Shown piece by piece: positions 9,098-20,670 of a DNA stretch of 64,000 nucleotides. Source of the stretch: Laspinema olomoucense D3b (lineage in GTDB: Bacteria; Cyanobacteriota; Cyanobacteriia; Cyanobacteriales; Laspinemataceae); the NCBI RefSeq assembly GCF_025370785.1, contig NZ_JAMXFA010000001.1, forward strand, positions 43,902 to 107,901, given 5' to 3'. The position numbers were made by a program, and so were the translations under genes. How positions within the stretch are numbered: the first letter of the stretch is position 1; each line of letters opens with the position of its first letter. A model generated the notes under the pieces. That model had not been told where the DNA came from. It did no database searches and saw nothing but the letters and a program-made list of their open reading frames with translations.

Positions 9098-10792
9098 ATG
9101 AGCTTTGATTCACCTGTCCTCTCCCATCAAATTAACCCCTGGTTACGCACGATTAGACCTTATGGCGTCTATGAGCTGCACTCTATGGCCTTTGTTGACG
9201 ATGCACTGATTGCCATTGATTCCGCCCGGGGCTATCTCCTAGAAATTGACTGTACCAACGACAACACAAAAATTCTTAATCCCTATCATGCTTCTGAATT
9301 TGTCGATACCACTGGTCTTTGCTTCTGGGAAGATACCCTCTGGCTCACCCGGGAAAACAGTGTTTATTTTTGTGAAAATGCTCGCTCGGGTTTGGAAACC
9401 CAAGAACTCAATCCCCAACATTTCGTAACCTTGCCATATCCCGCCAATGGGGTAGCGGTTTGGGGTTCTACGGTTTATGTCAGTTCTCAAAAAACTGGCT
9501 ATATTTTGATTTTTAATCGCAAAACTGGGGAGGAAATTACCCGATTTTACGCCCCGGGAATTGGGGTAGAAAGTTTGACAGTCCAGGCGGAATATCTCTG
9601 GGTTTCCGATTCGGAGGAACAAACGGTTTACTGTCTCGATCGCGCCACGGGTACTCTAGTTTTTAGTGTGCTTACTCCCTTTGAACGTCCCTCCGGTTTG
9701 GCCTTCCATCGCCATCCAGAAACTGGGGAAGAAATTCTCTACGTTGCCTATGCTTCGGAAGAAATCTATATTCGGGATGACCCGAATTCCGCCGATCCGC
9801 ACCAATTGGCCTTTCGCGATCGCACGTTTATTCATCCGTTGCATTTTCATTACCATGAAGATGAATATTTTGCCTTATCCAACGGCTATCTCATGGAAAT
9901 TTCCTACGTTGAGGAACTCTCTCCCCTGGATGAATTGGATCTGGCTCATTTGGAATGGCGGATTGCCTTTCCCGCTGAAACTCCCCGGCAAAAATTGAAG
10001 AAAATTGAGGCGATCGGACTGCCCTTTGAGGAAGAAGTTCTGGATGGACAACGGATTGCCGTCTTTAAGTTCGACAGTCTCAAACCCCACGAGGCGCGGG
10101 TCTTTGGTTGGAAAGCGCTTTTAGAGGTCCGCAGTATCAAGTACCGTCTTTCCCCTCGGGATGTGGAAAATCTGCCGGAACTGCCGCCGGAATTTGCCGA
10201 TCGCTATTTAGTCGATAATGACAATCTGGCAATGGATACGGACATCGTTCAGAAAGCAGCCGTTGAGGCGATCGGGACTGAAACCAATCTCCTCCGAAAG
10301 GTCCTAAGTATTCGCGATTATGTTTATGAAAAGCTGGACTACGGCATCAAACCCCACATTGATACCCCAGATATCGTGCTCGAACGCGGTATCGGTTCCT
10401 GTGGCGAATATGTGGGTTTAATGCTGGCGCTATTGCGTTTAAATGGGATTGCCTGCCGCACCGTGGGACGTTACAAATGCCCACCCCACCCCGATCGCCA
10501 AGGGGTTCCCATGCAACCGGACTACAATCATGTCTGGTTGGAGTTCTACATTCCCGGATTAGGTTGGATCCCCATGGAATCCAATCCCGATGATAATCAA
10601 GATAGCGGCCCTAACCCGATGCGGTTTTTTATGGGATTAGCTTGGTATCATGTGGAATTGGGCAAAGGGATCCGGTTTGAAAGTCTCAAACTCAAGGGAG
10701 TACCCTTACATAAAAGCGAGATCCGTCTGGGGGATTTGGCAATCAATCACGTCCGATTCACGATTTTAGGTGAACTGCCACCACCTAGCTAA
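9098..10792 (+). CDS. transglutaminase-like domain protein
   Basis: The C-terminal core GIGSCGEYVGLMLALLRLNGIACRTVGRY...DYNHVWLEFYIPGLGWIPMESNPDD contains the Cys-His-Asp triad typical of transglutaminase-like cysteine proteases. The N-terminal region looks beta-rich. Confidence 0.65.
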   Translation: MSFDSPVLSHQINPWLRTIRPYGVYELHSMAFVDDALIAIDSARGYLLEIDCTNDNTKILNPYHASEFVDTTGLCFWEDTLWLTRENSVYFCENARSGLETQELNPQHFVTLPYPANGVAVWGSTVYVSSQKTGYILIFNRKTGEEITRFYAPGIGVESLTVQAEYLWVSDSEEQTVYCLDRATGTLVFSVLTPFERPSGLAFHRHPETGEEILYVAYASEEIYIRDDPNSADPHQLAFRDRTFIHPLHFHYHEDEYFALSNGYLMEISYVEELSPLDELDLAHLEWRIAFPAETPRQKLKKIEAIGLPFEEEVLDGQRIAVFKFDSLKPHEARVFGWKALLEVRSIKYRLSPRDVENLPELPPEFADRYLVDNDNLAMDTDIVQKAAVEAIGTETNLLRKVLSIRDYVYEKLDYGIKPHIDTPDIVLERGIGSCGEYVGLMLALLRLNGIACRTVGRYKCPPHPDRQGVPMQPDYNHVWLEFYIPGLGWIPMESNPDDNQDSGPNPMRFFMGLAWYHVELGKGIRFESLKLKGVPLHKSEIRLGDLAINHVRFTILGELPPPS

Positions 10793-10901
10793 AATAGCCC
10801 ACCCTCAGCGGTCCTCTGTTCAGGTGACTTCCTCCGAGTGGATGACTGCCGTCCCTTAAACTCTGACTCTGTGAACACTGATTTTTGATTGGGGAGGACT
10901 T

Positions 10902-11039
10902 GTGGAGACGACTATCTATACTGTTCTAGCAACTGGAACCCTAGGATTGATGGTCCTGGTAACGGGAGGAATTATCTATCTCACTGCAGCGGAATGGCGC
11001 GATCGCCGCCGTCAGGAAAAGGAAAAACGCTCTCGTTAA
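10902..11039 (+). CDS. small single-TM protein (45 aa) missed by the ORF track
   Basis: A GGAGG Shine-Dalgarno at 10893-10897 precedes a GTG start. The product is VETTIYTVLATGTLGLMVLVTGGIIYLTAAEWRDRRRQEKEKRSR, a hydrophobic helix followed by a basic tail. The listed ORF 10889..11074 is in another frame and looks spurious. Confidence 0.25.
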   Translation: METTIYTVLATGTLGLMVLVTGGIIYLTAAEWRDRRRQEKEKRSR

Positions 11040-11158
11040 GTTCTCAGGAACTAGGGCCTCGGTCCAGCATTTAGATATAAGGGGACTGTTACCGGGTTTT
11101 TGGCCCTTGGATCTCATCGGCTACCGATGTTCTAGGGATTCCTCCAGGAGTCATACCA

Positions 11159-11180
11159 AATCCGGTTGTCAAAAGTCGGT
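11159..11180 (+). repeat. short dispersed repeat AATCCGGTTGTCAAA(A/G)GTC (copy 1)
   Basis: A near-identical 21-mer sits at 45367-45387. Both copies are followed within about 60 nt by CCCACCCTTGAG. Confidence 0.4.
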
Positions 11181-11348
11181 TTTTCTTCAGCCCGCGCTTC
11201 TCGGGCTAATTCCGTGTAGACCCACCCTTGAGTCGCGCTTCTTTTTATAGACCTGGAGCCACCGAATTCGGTATCACCCTCTGATTCCGGACTTTAGAAG
11301 GAAGCGGGGAATTAAACCCCCCGCCTCCAACTGGAAGTCTCAATACGG

Positions 11349-12188
11349 TTGAATCTATACTACTTTATCCCTAAAGACTTGGCCGAAAAACTCGCTTTTT
11401 ATTTAGACGATACCCAAACCCGGGCTGGAAAATGGATTAACCTTATTTTGACCAGTCTGGTTTTATTATCTTCGGCAATATTTGTTATTGAAACCTATGA
11501 AATACCGATTCAGGTTGTCTTAATTTTAGATAAACTGAATACTTTGATTTTGCTGGTATTTTTCCTGGAATATGTTTTACGCTTCTGGGCTGCACCCCAT
11601 AAAATAACTTACTTTTTTAGCCTTTATTCGCTTATAGATTTAATCGTAATTCTCCCCTTATTTATCGGAAATTTCGGCATTAGCTACTTGCGCCTCTTGC
11701 GATGGTTTAGAATTTTGCGATTGCTGCGCTTTGTAGAAAGTCAAGTGTTTTTTGACAGTACCGAGGGTGAAGATCAATTAATTATTCGCCGGATTATCTT
11801 TACTCTGTTTACCATTGTTTTTGTTTATTCCGGGTTAATTTATCAAGTCGAACATCCCATAAATCCCCAGGCATTTCGCACCTTTATCGATGCGGTCTAT
11901 TTTTGCGTAGTTACCATGACAACCGTGGGATTTGGGGATGTGACGCCGTTATCTCAGGGCGGGCGATTACTGACAATTTTGATGATTATTTCAGGGATTG
12001 CGCTGATTCCAGGACAACTGGGGGCGTTAATTAAAGAATTGGTGAAAAATGCTAACCGGGTGGAAACCCCTTGTGAAGGATGTGGGTTGTCTCGTCACGA
12101 TCGCGATGCTCAGTTTTGCAAAGTTTGTGGCACTGCGTTAAATTCTTCCCCCTTGAATCCGGCGCGATCGCCAGATGCGGAAAGTTAA
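11349..12188 (+). CDS. voltage-gated K+ channel (six-TM, Kv-like) with C-terminal zinc-ribbon
   Basis: The S4 voltage sensor carries the RxxRxxRxxR pattern (YLRLLRWFRILRLLRF). The pore has the TVGFGD selectivity filter. The C-terminus reads CEGCG...CKVCG. Confidence 0.75.
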   Translation: MNLYYFIPKDLAEKLAFYLDDTQTRAGKWINLILTSLVLLSSAIFVIETYEIPIQVVLILDKLNTLILLVFFLEYVLRFWAAPHKITYFFSLYSLIDLIVILPLFIGNFGISYLRLLRWFRILRLLRFVESQVFFDSTEGEDQLIIRRIIFTLFTIVFVYSGLIYQVEHPINPQAFRTFIDAVYFCVVTMTTVGFGDVTPLSQGGRLLTILMIISGIALIPGQLGALIKELVKNANRVETPCEGCGLSRHDRDAQFCKVCGTALNSSPLNPARSPDAES

Positions 12189-12740
12189 AACGGTGGGTGG
12201 ATAGGTTACTCAGTTGCGGTGAAGAAATGGGGCAATTTTTAGGCACAGCAGGGAGGATTGATGGAACCCCTTTCCGGGCAATTTGCTACGCGAACGACAG
12301 CGGCGATCGCAGATAGACTTTATCGCTTCTGATGCCTCACTGATGAGAACATAGTTTGTCTTAATTGTCAAGTTTTTACAAAAGTTAAAATTTAGATGAA
12401 AATATGCTACAAATTGTTAAGGATTTTGGCTAAAATGCCAAAAAAATCACGTCGCCAGAAACTACCGCTGAACCAAAATAGACTAACAACTCATCAGGAA
12501 GGCTAGAAGGGAGTATCTCGATCTGGAGATCCGAGGGCCATGCTCTCGACTTGCATCTATATCTCAATTTTGAAGGGGTTCGGCGAATGGTCGGGGTTTG
12601 CATCACTCTTTCCAGGCGGCACTATCATTCGGATGCGTGGGATCCGAGGACCGCAGTCCAAATCGGTCTTCAGTGCGATCGCGATGCGGAACTTTTGAAC
12701 CTGGAAGAAGACCAGTCAAAAGCCGGAACTCGGCGATCGC

Positions 12741-15302
12741 ATGAGGGAACTCCACTCCACAACTCCGGAAACCCTATCTGCATTCCATACCAGGAGGATT
12801 CCCACCATGCAACAGATTTCCGTTAATCACTCCCTCAAGGTGCAACCCAACCCCAACCTCAATAGCAACAATCCCAAAACCACCCGATCCGCACCCGCAA
12901 AAATCCCCACCGCTTTCCAGCAAAGCGAAGGGGTGTTATCCCAATTTGTGGAATATGTTCCGGCAGCGGTGGCAATGGTTGATCGCCAGATGCGCTATTT
13001 GGCCTGGTCGCGACGTTGGTACAGTGAATATGGTTCCGGCGATCGAATCTGTGCCATTGGGCGATCGCATTATGAACTCTTTCCCCATCTGGGCGAATCC
13101 TGGCAACAGCGCTATCAACATTGTATAGAAACCGGAGAACCCTTGTGCCATGAGGATTGTCTCCTTAAACCCAATGGCAAACAGGAATGGGTTAAATGGG
13201 ATATTCAACCCTGGCTCGCCGCTGATGGCGAAATTGGTGGGTTGATCATGTCCGCCGAACTCGTCACCGAGTGCAAACAACTCGCCGACGCCTTACAACT
13301 CACCCAGTTTGCAATGGATAAAGCGGCAGATGCCGTCCTCTGGATGACCCCAGACGCCCGCTTTAGCTATGTCAATGAAGCCGCCTGTCAGTTACTCGGC
13401 TATACCCCAGAAGAGTTACGCACCCTCACGGTTTCTCAAATTGACCCCGCCTTTTCTCCCCCAATTTGGGCCGAACATTGGCGAGCGATCAAACAGTTTC
13501 AAACCTTTACCTTTGAATCCCATTTCCTCACCCAACAAAATCACGCCATTCCCGTGGAAGTCCGGGTCAATTATTTAACCTTTAATGGTCAAGAATATCA
13601 CTGTGCCTTCGTGCGGGATATTAGTGAACGCAAACAAGCAGAAGCTGACTTGCACAATGCCAATGAGCAACTCCAAGCCGTTTTGGATGCGGTTCCCGGT
13701 TTAGTATCTTGGGTCAGTTCCGATTTACGCTATTTGGGGGTAAATCGTCATTTAGCCGCCGCCTTCCAAATGCCTGCCGATAGCTTTGCCGATCGCCCAG
13801 TGGGGTTTTTGCAAACCAGTCCCAAATTCTCTGAGATGGTTCAGGACTTTTTTGCCCGTCCTGAACTCACCCAATCCACGGAAATTACCCTAGAATCCAA
13901 GGGGGGAACCCGCAGCTATTTAGTAGTTTCTCAGAAATATCAAAAAGGGACAAAAGCCGTTTTTATCGGCATTGATATTAGCGATCGCAAACAAATGGAG
14001 GTCGCTTTACGCCGGAGTGAAACCCTCTATCGTACCCTGGCAAAAAACTTTCCCAATGGGACAGTTTGCCTCTTCGATCCGGAACTACGTCATACCTTAG
14101 CCGAAGGAACCGAACTCCCCAAAGTCGGCTTATCTAAAGAATTAATCGAAGGTAAAACCCTAGCAGAAGCCTTTCCCTCAGACATTGCGGCCCTCTACGA
14201 ACCCCTCTACCGCGATGCCTTAGCGGGCCAGGAAAGCGTTACTGAAGTTCCCTTTGGAAGTCGTCTCTATCTCACCCATACCTTACCCCTGAAAAATGAA
14301 CAGGGAGAAGCCATTGCGGGAATGATTATGACCCAAAATATTACCGAACGCAAACAAGCCGAGGATGCCTTGCGCCGTTCGGAAGAACGATTTCGACAAA
14401 AAGCTGAAGAACTCAAACAAACCTTACAGGAATTAAAACAAACTCAAACCCAACTGATTCAAACGGAAAAAATGTCCAGTCTCGGTCAACTGGTTGCGGG
14501 AGTCGCTCACGAAATTAACAATCCCGTCAGCTTTATTTATGGAAATATCGCTCATGCTCGTCAATATGTTCGAGACCTTTTAGCGCTTCTGGAATTGTAT
14601 GGAGAAGAATATCCCGAACCCACTCCAAAGATTCAACAGCAGATTGAAGGAATTGGCCTGAATTTTTTAATGGAAGATTTTCCAAAACTGATGTCTTCCA
14701 TGCAAGTAGGCGCCGATCGCATTCGGGAAGTGGTGCTGTCTTTGCGAAACTTTTCCCGCCTGGATCAAGCTCAGAAAAAGTCGGTGAATATTCATGAAGG
14801 GATTGATAGCACCTTACTGATTTTACAAAATCGTCTCAAGGCAAAAGCCGGAATGTCCAGCATTGAGGTGATTAAAGAGTATGGGGAACTTCCTCCCATT
14901 GAATGTTATGCGGGACAACTGAATCAGGTGTTTATGAATTTACTGGGCAATGCGATCGATGTTTTAGAGGAAGAGGGGAAAGAACAAATCCAAAAGCGCG
15001 GAAAGGGACAGATCCTGAGTGGTAGTTCTACCGGAAACTTTACCCCCAGAATTTGCATTAGGACCGAACGGGTAGGGGACCGCGCAGTGATCCGAATTTC
15101 TGATAATGGTCGAGGAATGACAGCCGAGACTAAAAAACATATTTTTGAGCCGTTTTTTACCACCAAAAACCCGGGTAAAGGCACGGGATTAGGTTTATCG
15201 ATTAGCTATCAAATTGTTGTAGAAAAACACCGGGGCCAAATTGACTGTAAGTCCGGGCCGGGATTGGGAACGGAATTTATTATGACCTTACCCATTCCCT
15301 AA
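12741..15302 (+). CDS. multi-PAS sensor histidine kinase
   Basis: Several PAS-like blocks precede a HisKA H-box ([11 protein letters not shown]). The HATPase_c motifs are DNGRGM and GTGLGLSIS. The start may lie at the downstream Met of MQQISV. Confidence 0.8.
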   Translation: MRELHSTTPETLSAFHTRRIPTMQQISVNHSLKVQPNPNLNSNNPKTTRSAPAKIPTAFQQSEGVLSQFVEYVPAAVAMVDRQMRYLAWSRRWYSEYGSGDRICAIGRSHYELFPHLGESWQQRYQHCIETGEPLCHEDCLLKPNGKQEWVKWDIQPWLAADGEIGGLIMSAELVTECKQLADALQLTQFAMDKAADAVLWMTPDARFSYVNEAACQLLGYTPEELRTLTVSQIDPAFSPPIWAEHWRAIKQFQTFTFESHFLTQQNHAIPVEVRVNYLTFNGQEYHCAFVRDISERKQAEADLHNANEQLQAVLDAVPGLVSWVSSDLRYLGVNRHLAAAFQMPADSFADRPVGFLQTSPKFSEMVQDFFARPELTQSTEITLESKGGTRSYLVVSQKYQKGTKAVFIGIDISDRKQMEVALRRSETLYRTLAKNFPNGTVCLFDPELRHTLAEGTELPKVGLSKELIEGKTLAEAFPSDIAALYEPLYRDALAGQESVTEVPFGSRLYLTHTLPLKNEQGEAIAGMIMTQNITERKQAEDALRRSEERFRQKAEELKQTLQELKQTQTQLIQTEKMSSLGQLVAGVAHEINNPVSFIYGNIAHARQYVRDLLALLELYGEEYPEPTPKIQQQIEGIGLNFLMEDFPKLMSSMQVGADRIREVVLSLRNFSRLDQAQKKSVNIHEGIDSTLLILQNRLKAKAGMSSIEVIKEYGELPPIECYAGQLNQVFMNLLGNAIDVLEEEGKEQIQKRGKGQILSGSSTGNFTPRICIRTERVGDRAVIRISDNGRGMTAETKKHIFEPFFTTKNPGKGTGLGLSISYQIVVEKHRGQIDCKSGPGLGTEFIMTLPIP

Positions 15303-15694
15303 GCTCGATGGAGAGATTGGATAGGGCGGCGAAATTGAATCAGTAAGGGACACTGGATTTCCGTGTCCCTACGGTTGACAAGGTATTCTGAGTTGAGTTA
15401 ATCAATGGAGAAAAGTTTGACAACTGGGGTTTAGCGGGAACAAAAAGGCTCTCCCTGTCACCTTAAGACTGGGGGTTTTTAAATTTCTTTAAATTTTATT
15501 AAAAAAAATTAAAGGGGGTCATTCTTCTGATATCTTTTAATCAAACGCTGGCAACAGCGATGATTGAAGGAGTTACAAATATTCACAATAACTCAGAACT
15601 ACCTCAACCAGAAGTTAGACGAATTTTCGGGAACTTTTGTGTCGGAGCAAACAACGGTTAATCGGAAAGAAGTCCTAAACTATAAACGTGATGG

Positions 15695-18600
15695 GTGGGG
15701 AATGGGGTAAAAATGAAGAGTCAGAGGGGGCAAAGAATGAGCAGGGCAGGAGTGGCCCTGGGATTAGTGGCGATCGCCGTGGCTGTGCTTGGACTGGAGC
15801 ACCCGGGGGGAGGATGGGCCTGGGAACGTCCACCGGCCCTGACCGGAGGGTCCGACGCAGTGGCGGCGATCGCAGCAACTCCTGCGGGCTTCTCCCCCGT
15901 TTCGAGTCATCCTGATTTTTTCCCCAGTCGTTCCAGGAGGGTGGCGGAACAAGCCTTAGAAAAAGTTAGGGATATCCCCTGCGGGGATATCCGGCCCCAT
16001 CCGGTTCACTTAATAAAAAATCGCTTATGCATCGACCTGGAATTTATCATAAATTTGAGCCAATTTATCCGGCTTCCCCGCTGCTATTTTGTTCCAGAAA
16101 ATGCCTCACTCCCGGGAAAAATCAGAGCGCCGATCGCCAACTCTAGCACCGCGTTAAAACCTCAGTCTTCTCAAGATGTTTCCAAATCATCCTTCCTGGT
16201 GGTACTCAACCCCTGGGAAACGGTCCAAAAGCCCTATCAAATTGCCCTGTTGATCTTCCTAAGTACCACCGGAACCTTCCTGATGCTGCATCATATTAGC
16301 CTGAGAATGCAAAACCAGTTCCAAGGGCATCTCACTGAGGAGGAGGAAGCACTGCCTGTCGCCTCAGACGGGTTGTTGAGTCTACTCGATACCAACCCAG
16401 CCTTTAACTGTGTCATCAAACCCAATGGCACAGTTTTCTTTATGAATCAAGCCATGTTGGAGCGCGTCGGTTATACTCGTCCGGAAGCAGTGGGGATGAA
16501 TTATATTCATACATTTATCCCCGAACCTGACCGGCCATTGGTCTGTGCAAGCTTTGAACAACTCACCCAGCACACTCAACCTCAACGAATTCAAAACCGC
16601 CTTCTCACAAAAAAGGGAGAAGAAATCTGGGTGGAGTGGTGTGTTCGGGCCGTGTTCAGGGGCGATCGCCAGACCTTAGACTATTGGATCGCGACCGGAA
16701 TCGAGATTGAAGACCCCAGTCGAGTCGATGCTCACATTCGTCTGTGGGAAAACATGACCCAGGCCGTGAGTGCAGCGCCCGATTTTGAATCTGCTTTAAA
16801 AATCGCACTTTGTAGCCTCGGAGAAACCCTGGGATATTCTGCAGGGGAAGTTTGGGTGGCCAACCCCGAGGGAACGGCTTTAGACTGTTCCTCGGTGGGG
16901 TACGCGGCACCGGGAACCGCTTACGCCGCCAGGAGCAGTGGCTGGCGGTTAGAACTCAATCAGGGGTTACCCGGACGAGTCCTGGCATCGGCAGAACCGG
17001 AATGGATTGAGGATCTCGCCGCCGAACCCGAGAAAGGGTTTTCTAGCCATCACAGGGCGATCGCCTGTGGACTCACCAGTGCCTTGGGGATTCCAATTCT
17101 GGCCGATCGCCGGGTCCTGGCGGTGTTGGTCTTTTTTCTGTCAACCCCCGGGAAACTGGATCGGCGAATGCTGCCGCGCATCTCCTCGATGGCGATCCAA
17201 GTGGGGTCAGTCTTACATCGGTTACAGACTTTAAAGGCACTCCAGCAAGCAGAAGCTAACTATCGCAGTATTGTGGAGAATGCGGTAGAAGGAATTTTTC
17301 AGACTACGCCGGATGGACGGTATATGAGCGCGAATCCAGCTTTGGCGGCGATCTATGGTTATGCTTCCTTGCCAGAATTGATGGCGGCATTGTGCGATCG
17401 CTCCCTTCAACTCTATGTTGATCCTCGCTGTCCACAGGAGTTTATTCGCCTGTTACAGGAACAAGATGTGGTTTCAGGATTTGAGGCTCAGGTTTATCGG
17501 GCTGATGGTAGTATGATTTGGATTTCTCAAAATGCTCGTGCGGTGCGTGATGTTAGTGATCAATTGATGTATTATGAAGGGTCTGTGGTGAATATTACCG
17601 ATCGAAAATGGACAGAGGCGCAACTCCGATACAATGCCTCTCACGATGCACTCACGGGGTTATGGAACCGAGGCTTTTTTATGGATCGGTTGGTCAAAGC
17701 AGTCTCCCGCGCTCAGAGTGAAGCGGATTATGAATTTGCGGTTTTGTTCATGGATTTGGATGAGTTCAAGTTGGTGAATGATAGTTTAGGTCATTCCGTG
17801 GGCGATCGCTTGTTGATGGCGATCGCCGGACGACTGGAACAATGTTTAGGTCCTAATGATACCCTAGCCCGTTTTGGCGGGGATGAATTTACCTTGTTGT
17901 TGGAAGATATTCCCCGGGTTGAGGATGCGATCGCCGTCGCGCACCAAGTCCACGAAACCTTGCGTCAGCCTTTTAATGTGGGAAATCACGAGGTGTTTGC
18001 CGGGATTAGCATTGGCATCGTTCATAGTACCGCAGGCGATCGGCGTCAGCCCGATTTTCTGCGGGATGCCGATATTGCCATGTATCGCGCCAAGGCTCGG
18101 GAAAAAGGCGGATACGTGGTCTTTGATACAACCATGCGTGAGGAAGCCATCCTGCGCTTGGAGTTAGAGACGGATCTGCGCTGGGCGGTCGAACGCGGCG
18201 AGTTTCAGATGTTTTATCAGCCCATTGTGAGACTGTCCACGGGAGAAATTAGTGGATTTGAAGCCTTGATCCGATGGTATCATCCCCGCAAAGGGTGGAT
18301 TTCTCCTAATGTATTTATCCCGGTGGCTGAGGAAACTGGCGCGATCGAACAAATCGGCGAATGGGCGCTGGTTCAATCCTGTAGTCAGTTAAGAAGCTGG
18401 AAAAAGCAATTTCCCACCTACCCTTCCCTGAAAATGAGTGTGAATCTTTCCGGGAAGCAATTGACTCAGAATTTGAGCGATCGCGTTGAGGAAATTCTCC
18501 AAGAAACCGGGGTTGATGGCTGGGATTTGAAATTAGAAATTACGGAAACGGCCCTAGTGGAAGACCCGGAAGGGGCGATCGCCATCCTGGATCGCCTCAA

Positions 18601-18946
18601 AGCCCTGGATATTCAGTTATGCATTGATGATTTTGGCACAGGTTACTCGTCTTTGAGTTATCTCCACCGCTTTCCCGTGGATGTATTAAAAATCGACCGC
18701 TCTTTTATTAGCCAAATGTCCGCGCTCAATGACGATTCAGAAATTGTAAGAACTATTGTGACCCTGGCGCATACCCTAGGATTGGATGTGATTGCAGAAG
18801 GCATTGAAACCCTAGATTCTATGCACGAACTCCAAATCCTCCGCTGTAAATATGGTCAGGGCTACTTCTTTTCCGCACCCGTTAACGGTGAAGCGGCTGC
18901 ACTCTTATTAAGACGGGGCCAGTTGAGTGACCTAGAGGTAAGTTAA
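15695..18946 (+). CDS. PAS/GAF-GGDEF-EAL signalling protein (c-di-GMP cyclase/phosphodiesterase)
   Basis: The GGDEF motif is RFGGDEFTLL and the EAL motif is EALIRW. Upstream PAS and GAF-like regions are present. The true start is uncertain. Confidence 0.8.
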   Translation: MGNGVKMKSQRGQRMSRAGVALGLVAIAVAVLGLEHPGGGWAWERPPALTGGSDAVAAIAATPAGFSPVSSHPDFFPSRSRRVAEQALEKVRDIPCGDIRPHPVHLIKNRLCIDLEFIINLSQFIRLPRCYFVPENASLPGKIRAPIANSSTALKPQSSQDVSKSSFLVVLNPWETVQKPYQIALLIFLSTTGTFLMLHHISLRMQNQFQGHLTEEEEALPVASDGLLSLLDTNPAFNCVIKPNGTVFFMNQAMLERVGYTRPEAVGMNYIHTFIPEPDRPLVCASFEQLTQHTQPQRIQNRLLTKKGEEIWVEWCVRAVFRGDRQTLDYWIATGIEIEDPSRVDAHIRLWENMTQAVSAAPDFESALKIALCSLGETLGYSAGEVWVANPEGTALDCSSVGYAAPGTAYAARSSGWRLELNQGLPGRVLASAEPEWIEDLAAEPEKGFSSHHRAIACGLTSALGIPILADRRVLAVLVFFLSTPGKLDRRMLPRISSMAIQVGSVLHRLQTLKALQQAEANYRSIVENAVEGIFQTTPDGRYMSANPALAAIYGYASLPELMAALCDRSLQLYVDPRCPQEFIRLLQEQDVVSGFEAQVYRADGSMIWISQNARAVRDVSDQLMYYEGSVVNITDRKWTEAQLRYNASHDALTGLWNRGFFMDRLVKAVSRAQSEADYEFAVLFMDLDEFKLVNDSLGHSVGDRLLMAIAGRLEQCLGPNDTLARFGGDEFTLLLEDIPRVEDAIAVAHQVHETLRQPFNVGNHEVFAGISIGIVHSTAGDRRQPDFLRDADIAMYRAKAREKGGYVVFDTTMREEAILRLELETDLRWAVERGEFQMFYQPIVRLSTGEISGFEALIRWYHPRKGWISPNVFIPVAEETGAIEQIGEWALVQSCSQLRSWKKQFPTYPSLKMSVNLSGKQLTQNLSDRVEEILQETGVDGWDLKLEITETALVEDPEGAIAILDRLKALDIQLCIDDFGTGYSSLSYLHRFPVDVLKIDRSFISQMSALNDDSEIVRTIVTLAHTLGLDVIAEGIETLDSMHELQILRCKYGQGYFFSAPVNGEAAALLLRRGQLSDLEVS

Positions 18947-19209
18947 ACACCAGGCGGGGGTTTGTACCCTCGCCGGATCTGGCTCCAAGTGCGTTCGCTG
19001 TAGCTTCAACCCGATCCCTATCTCTACTTCACAATTCAACTTTTTGCCCTTGAGCTTTTCAGAATTGCGACAAGTCGGAAGTTTTTTCGTTACAATAAAA
19101 ACCAGCCTTTAGGGGAAATCTACTCAAGCGCGATCGCGCTTTTACTGGGTGACATTCAATTTCATCACCGCCTCAAAAAAAAGCGAATTTAGCGAATAGT
19201 AACTTTTCC

Positions 19210-20670
19210 ATGAAATTAACATTTTTCAATTCCAGCTCAAAACTGCCTTTTTTCATTTCTAGCAAACACTTTTGGTATATTCTTCCTTTTTTATGTTCTT
19301 TGGGAATCGCCTTATTTCCCTCCCGGACTGCCGCTAGTGATGCTCCGTTTTCTGCGGTTCCCCCCGGCATATCCCTATCTCATCAAATTGCTCAATTACA
19401 GGACCGGAAACCTCAGAGCAGCCCAGGTATTGTTTCAGGTGATTTTGCCCCCGCTGTCACGGCAATTGAGGGACAATGGGAAACTGTATTTGAAGATTAT
19501 TTTGGCCGCAATTTATCGGAAGTTACCCTTCAGGGGGAAGAGATTGGCGAAGCGTTGGCCCTTGTTGAACAAAAAACGGGTCAAAAGTCGGCGGTGATTT
19601 ACATGATTCCCGGTGAGGACCAACTGGAACTGTTGTTAGTCACTGCTGATGGAGGAGTCACGGGTCGCACGATCGCGGAAACTAATCAGGAGATGCTGAA
19701 AGAAACGGCACAACAATTACGGCAGCGCATGACTAGCCCCAGCCGAAGAAGTACCCAATCCTATCTACCTCAAGCCCAACAGCTTTATACTTGGATGATC
19801 GCCCCCTTGCGCGATGAATTGCAGTCCCGGGGAATCGAAAATCTGTTGTTATGTGTCGGTCCAGGGTTGCGATCGGTCCCCTTTGCCGCCTTACATGATG
19901 GGGAAAAATTTCTGGTGGAAGAATACAGTCTAGCACTGATTCCCGCCTTTAACATGATTGATTTGAACCCCAGTGAACTGGCAAATACAGAAGTTTTAGC
20001 AATGGGGGCTTCCCTGTTTAAAACCCTCTCTCCCCTGCCTGCGGTCCCCGTGGAACTCTCTCAAATTGCCCGTTATTTGTGGCCGGGAGAGGTGTTTCTT
20101 AATCAAGATTTTACCCAGGAAAACTTGCAGTCGCAATTGCAAGAATCCCGCTATGGAATCGTTCACCTCGCCACTCACGCAGATTTTAAGGAGGGAAACC
20201 CGGCTCAATCTTATATTCAATTGTGGGATAGTCAACTCACTTTGGATAATATGCACCAGTTGAAACTCGATGAATCGGCGATCGGATTGTTGGTGTTGAG
20301 TGCTTGTAAGACAGCAGTCGGCAGCCAAGATGCAGAAAAGGGATTTGCCGGATTAGCGATTCAAAGCGGTGTTCCCTCTGCCTTAGCGAGTTTATGGTAT
20401 GTGAGCGACCTCGGGACTCTGGCGCTAATGTCTGAGTTTTACGATATGTTCAAAACCAACGACGACAACTCGCGATCGCTCCTCAAGGCGGAAGCACTGC
20501 GCGAGGCACAATTGGCTATGCTACGAGGAGAAGTGCGCCTAGAAGAAGGGAACCTAGTCAGCGATCGCGGGGTAGTTCCTCTCCCGGAAGAATTAGGGGA
20601 ATTGACTGGGGAAAATTTAGCTCACCCTTACTTTTGGGCAGGGTTTACCCTAATCGGCAGTCCCTGGTAA
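19210..20670 (+). CDS. CHAT-domain (caspase-like) protein
   Basis: An N-terminal signal/TM precedes the His-Cys dyad context VHLATHADF ... LLVLSACKTAVG, typical of CHAT peptidases. Confidence 0.7.
   Translation: MKLTFFNSSSKLPFFISSKHFWYILPFLCSLGIALFPSRTAASDAPFSAVPPGISLSHQIAQLQDRKPQSSPGIVSGDFAPAVTAIEGQWETVFEDYFGRNLSEVTLQGEEIGEALALVEQKTGQKSAVIYMIPGEDQLELLLVTADGGVTGRTIAETNQEMLKETAQQLRQRMTSPSRRSTQSYLPQAQQLYTWMIAPLRDELQSRGIENLLLCVGPGLRSVPFAALHDGEKFLVEEYSLALIPAFNMIDLNPSELANTEVLAMGASLFKTLSPLPAVPVELSQIARYLWPGEVFLNQDFTQENLQSQLQESRYGIVHLATHADFKEGNPAQSYIQLWDSQLTLDNMHQLKLDESAIGLLVLSACKTAVGSQDAEKGFAGLAIQSGVPSALASLWYVSDLGTLALMSEFYDMFKTNDDNSRSLLKAEALREAQLAMLRGEVRLEEGNLVSDRGVVPLPEELGELTGENLAHPYFWAGFTLIGSPW

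Noticed and set aside
10889-11074. Listed 61-aa ORF MGRTCGDDYLYCSS...
   Set aside because: It is in a different frame from the Shine-Dalgarno-preceded small TM ORF at 10902-11039 and has a Gly/Arg/Ser-rich composition. It is likely spurious.
12325-12345. CTGATGAG string resembling a hammerhead ribozyme core
   Set aside because: No matching GAAA or stem II/III context nearby. It is a chance heptamer.
15346-15369. Hairpin GGGACAC-N9-GTGTCCC after the histidine kinase gene
   Set aside because: It is not followed by a U-tract. Its status as a terminator is uncertain, so it is not reported as a feature.
7837-20670. Possible DUF928-CHAT functional pairing
   Set aside because: The two genes are 11 kb apart, separated by unrelated genes (transglutaminase-like, K+ channel, kinase, GGDEF-EAL). 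No CHASE2 gene lies between them. Linkage is not supported within this window.
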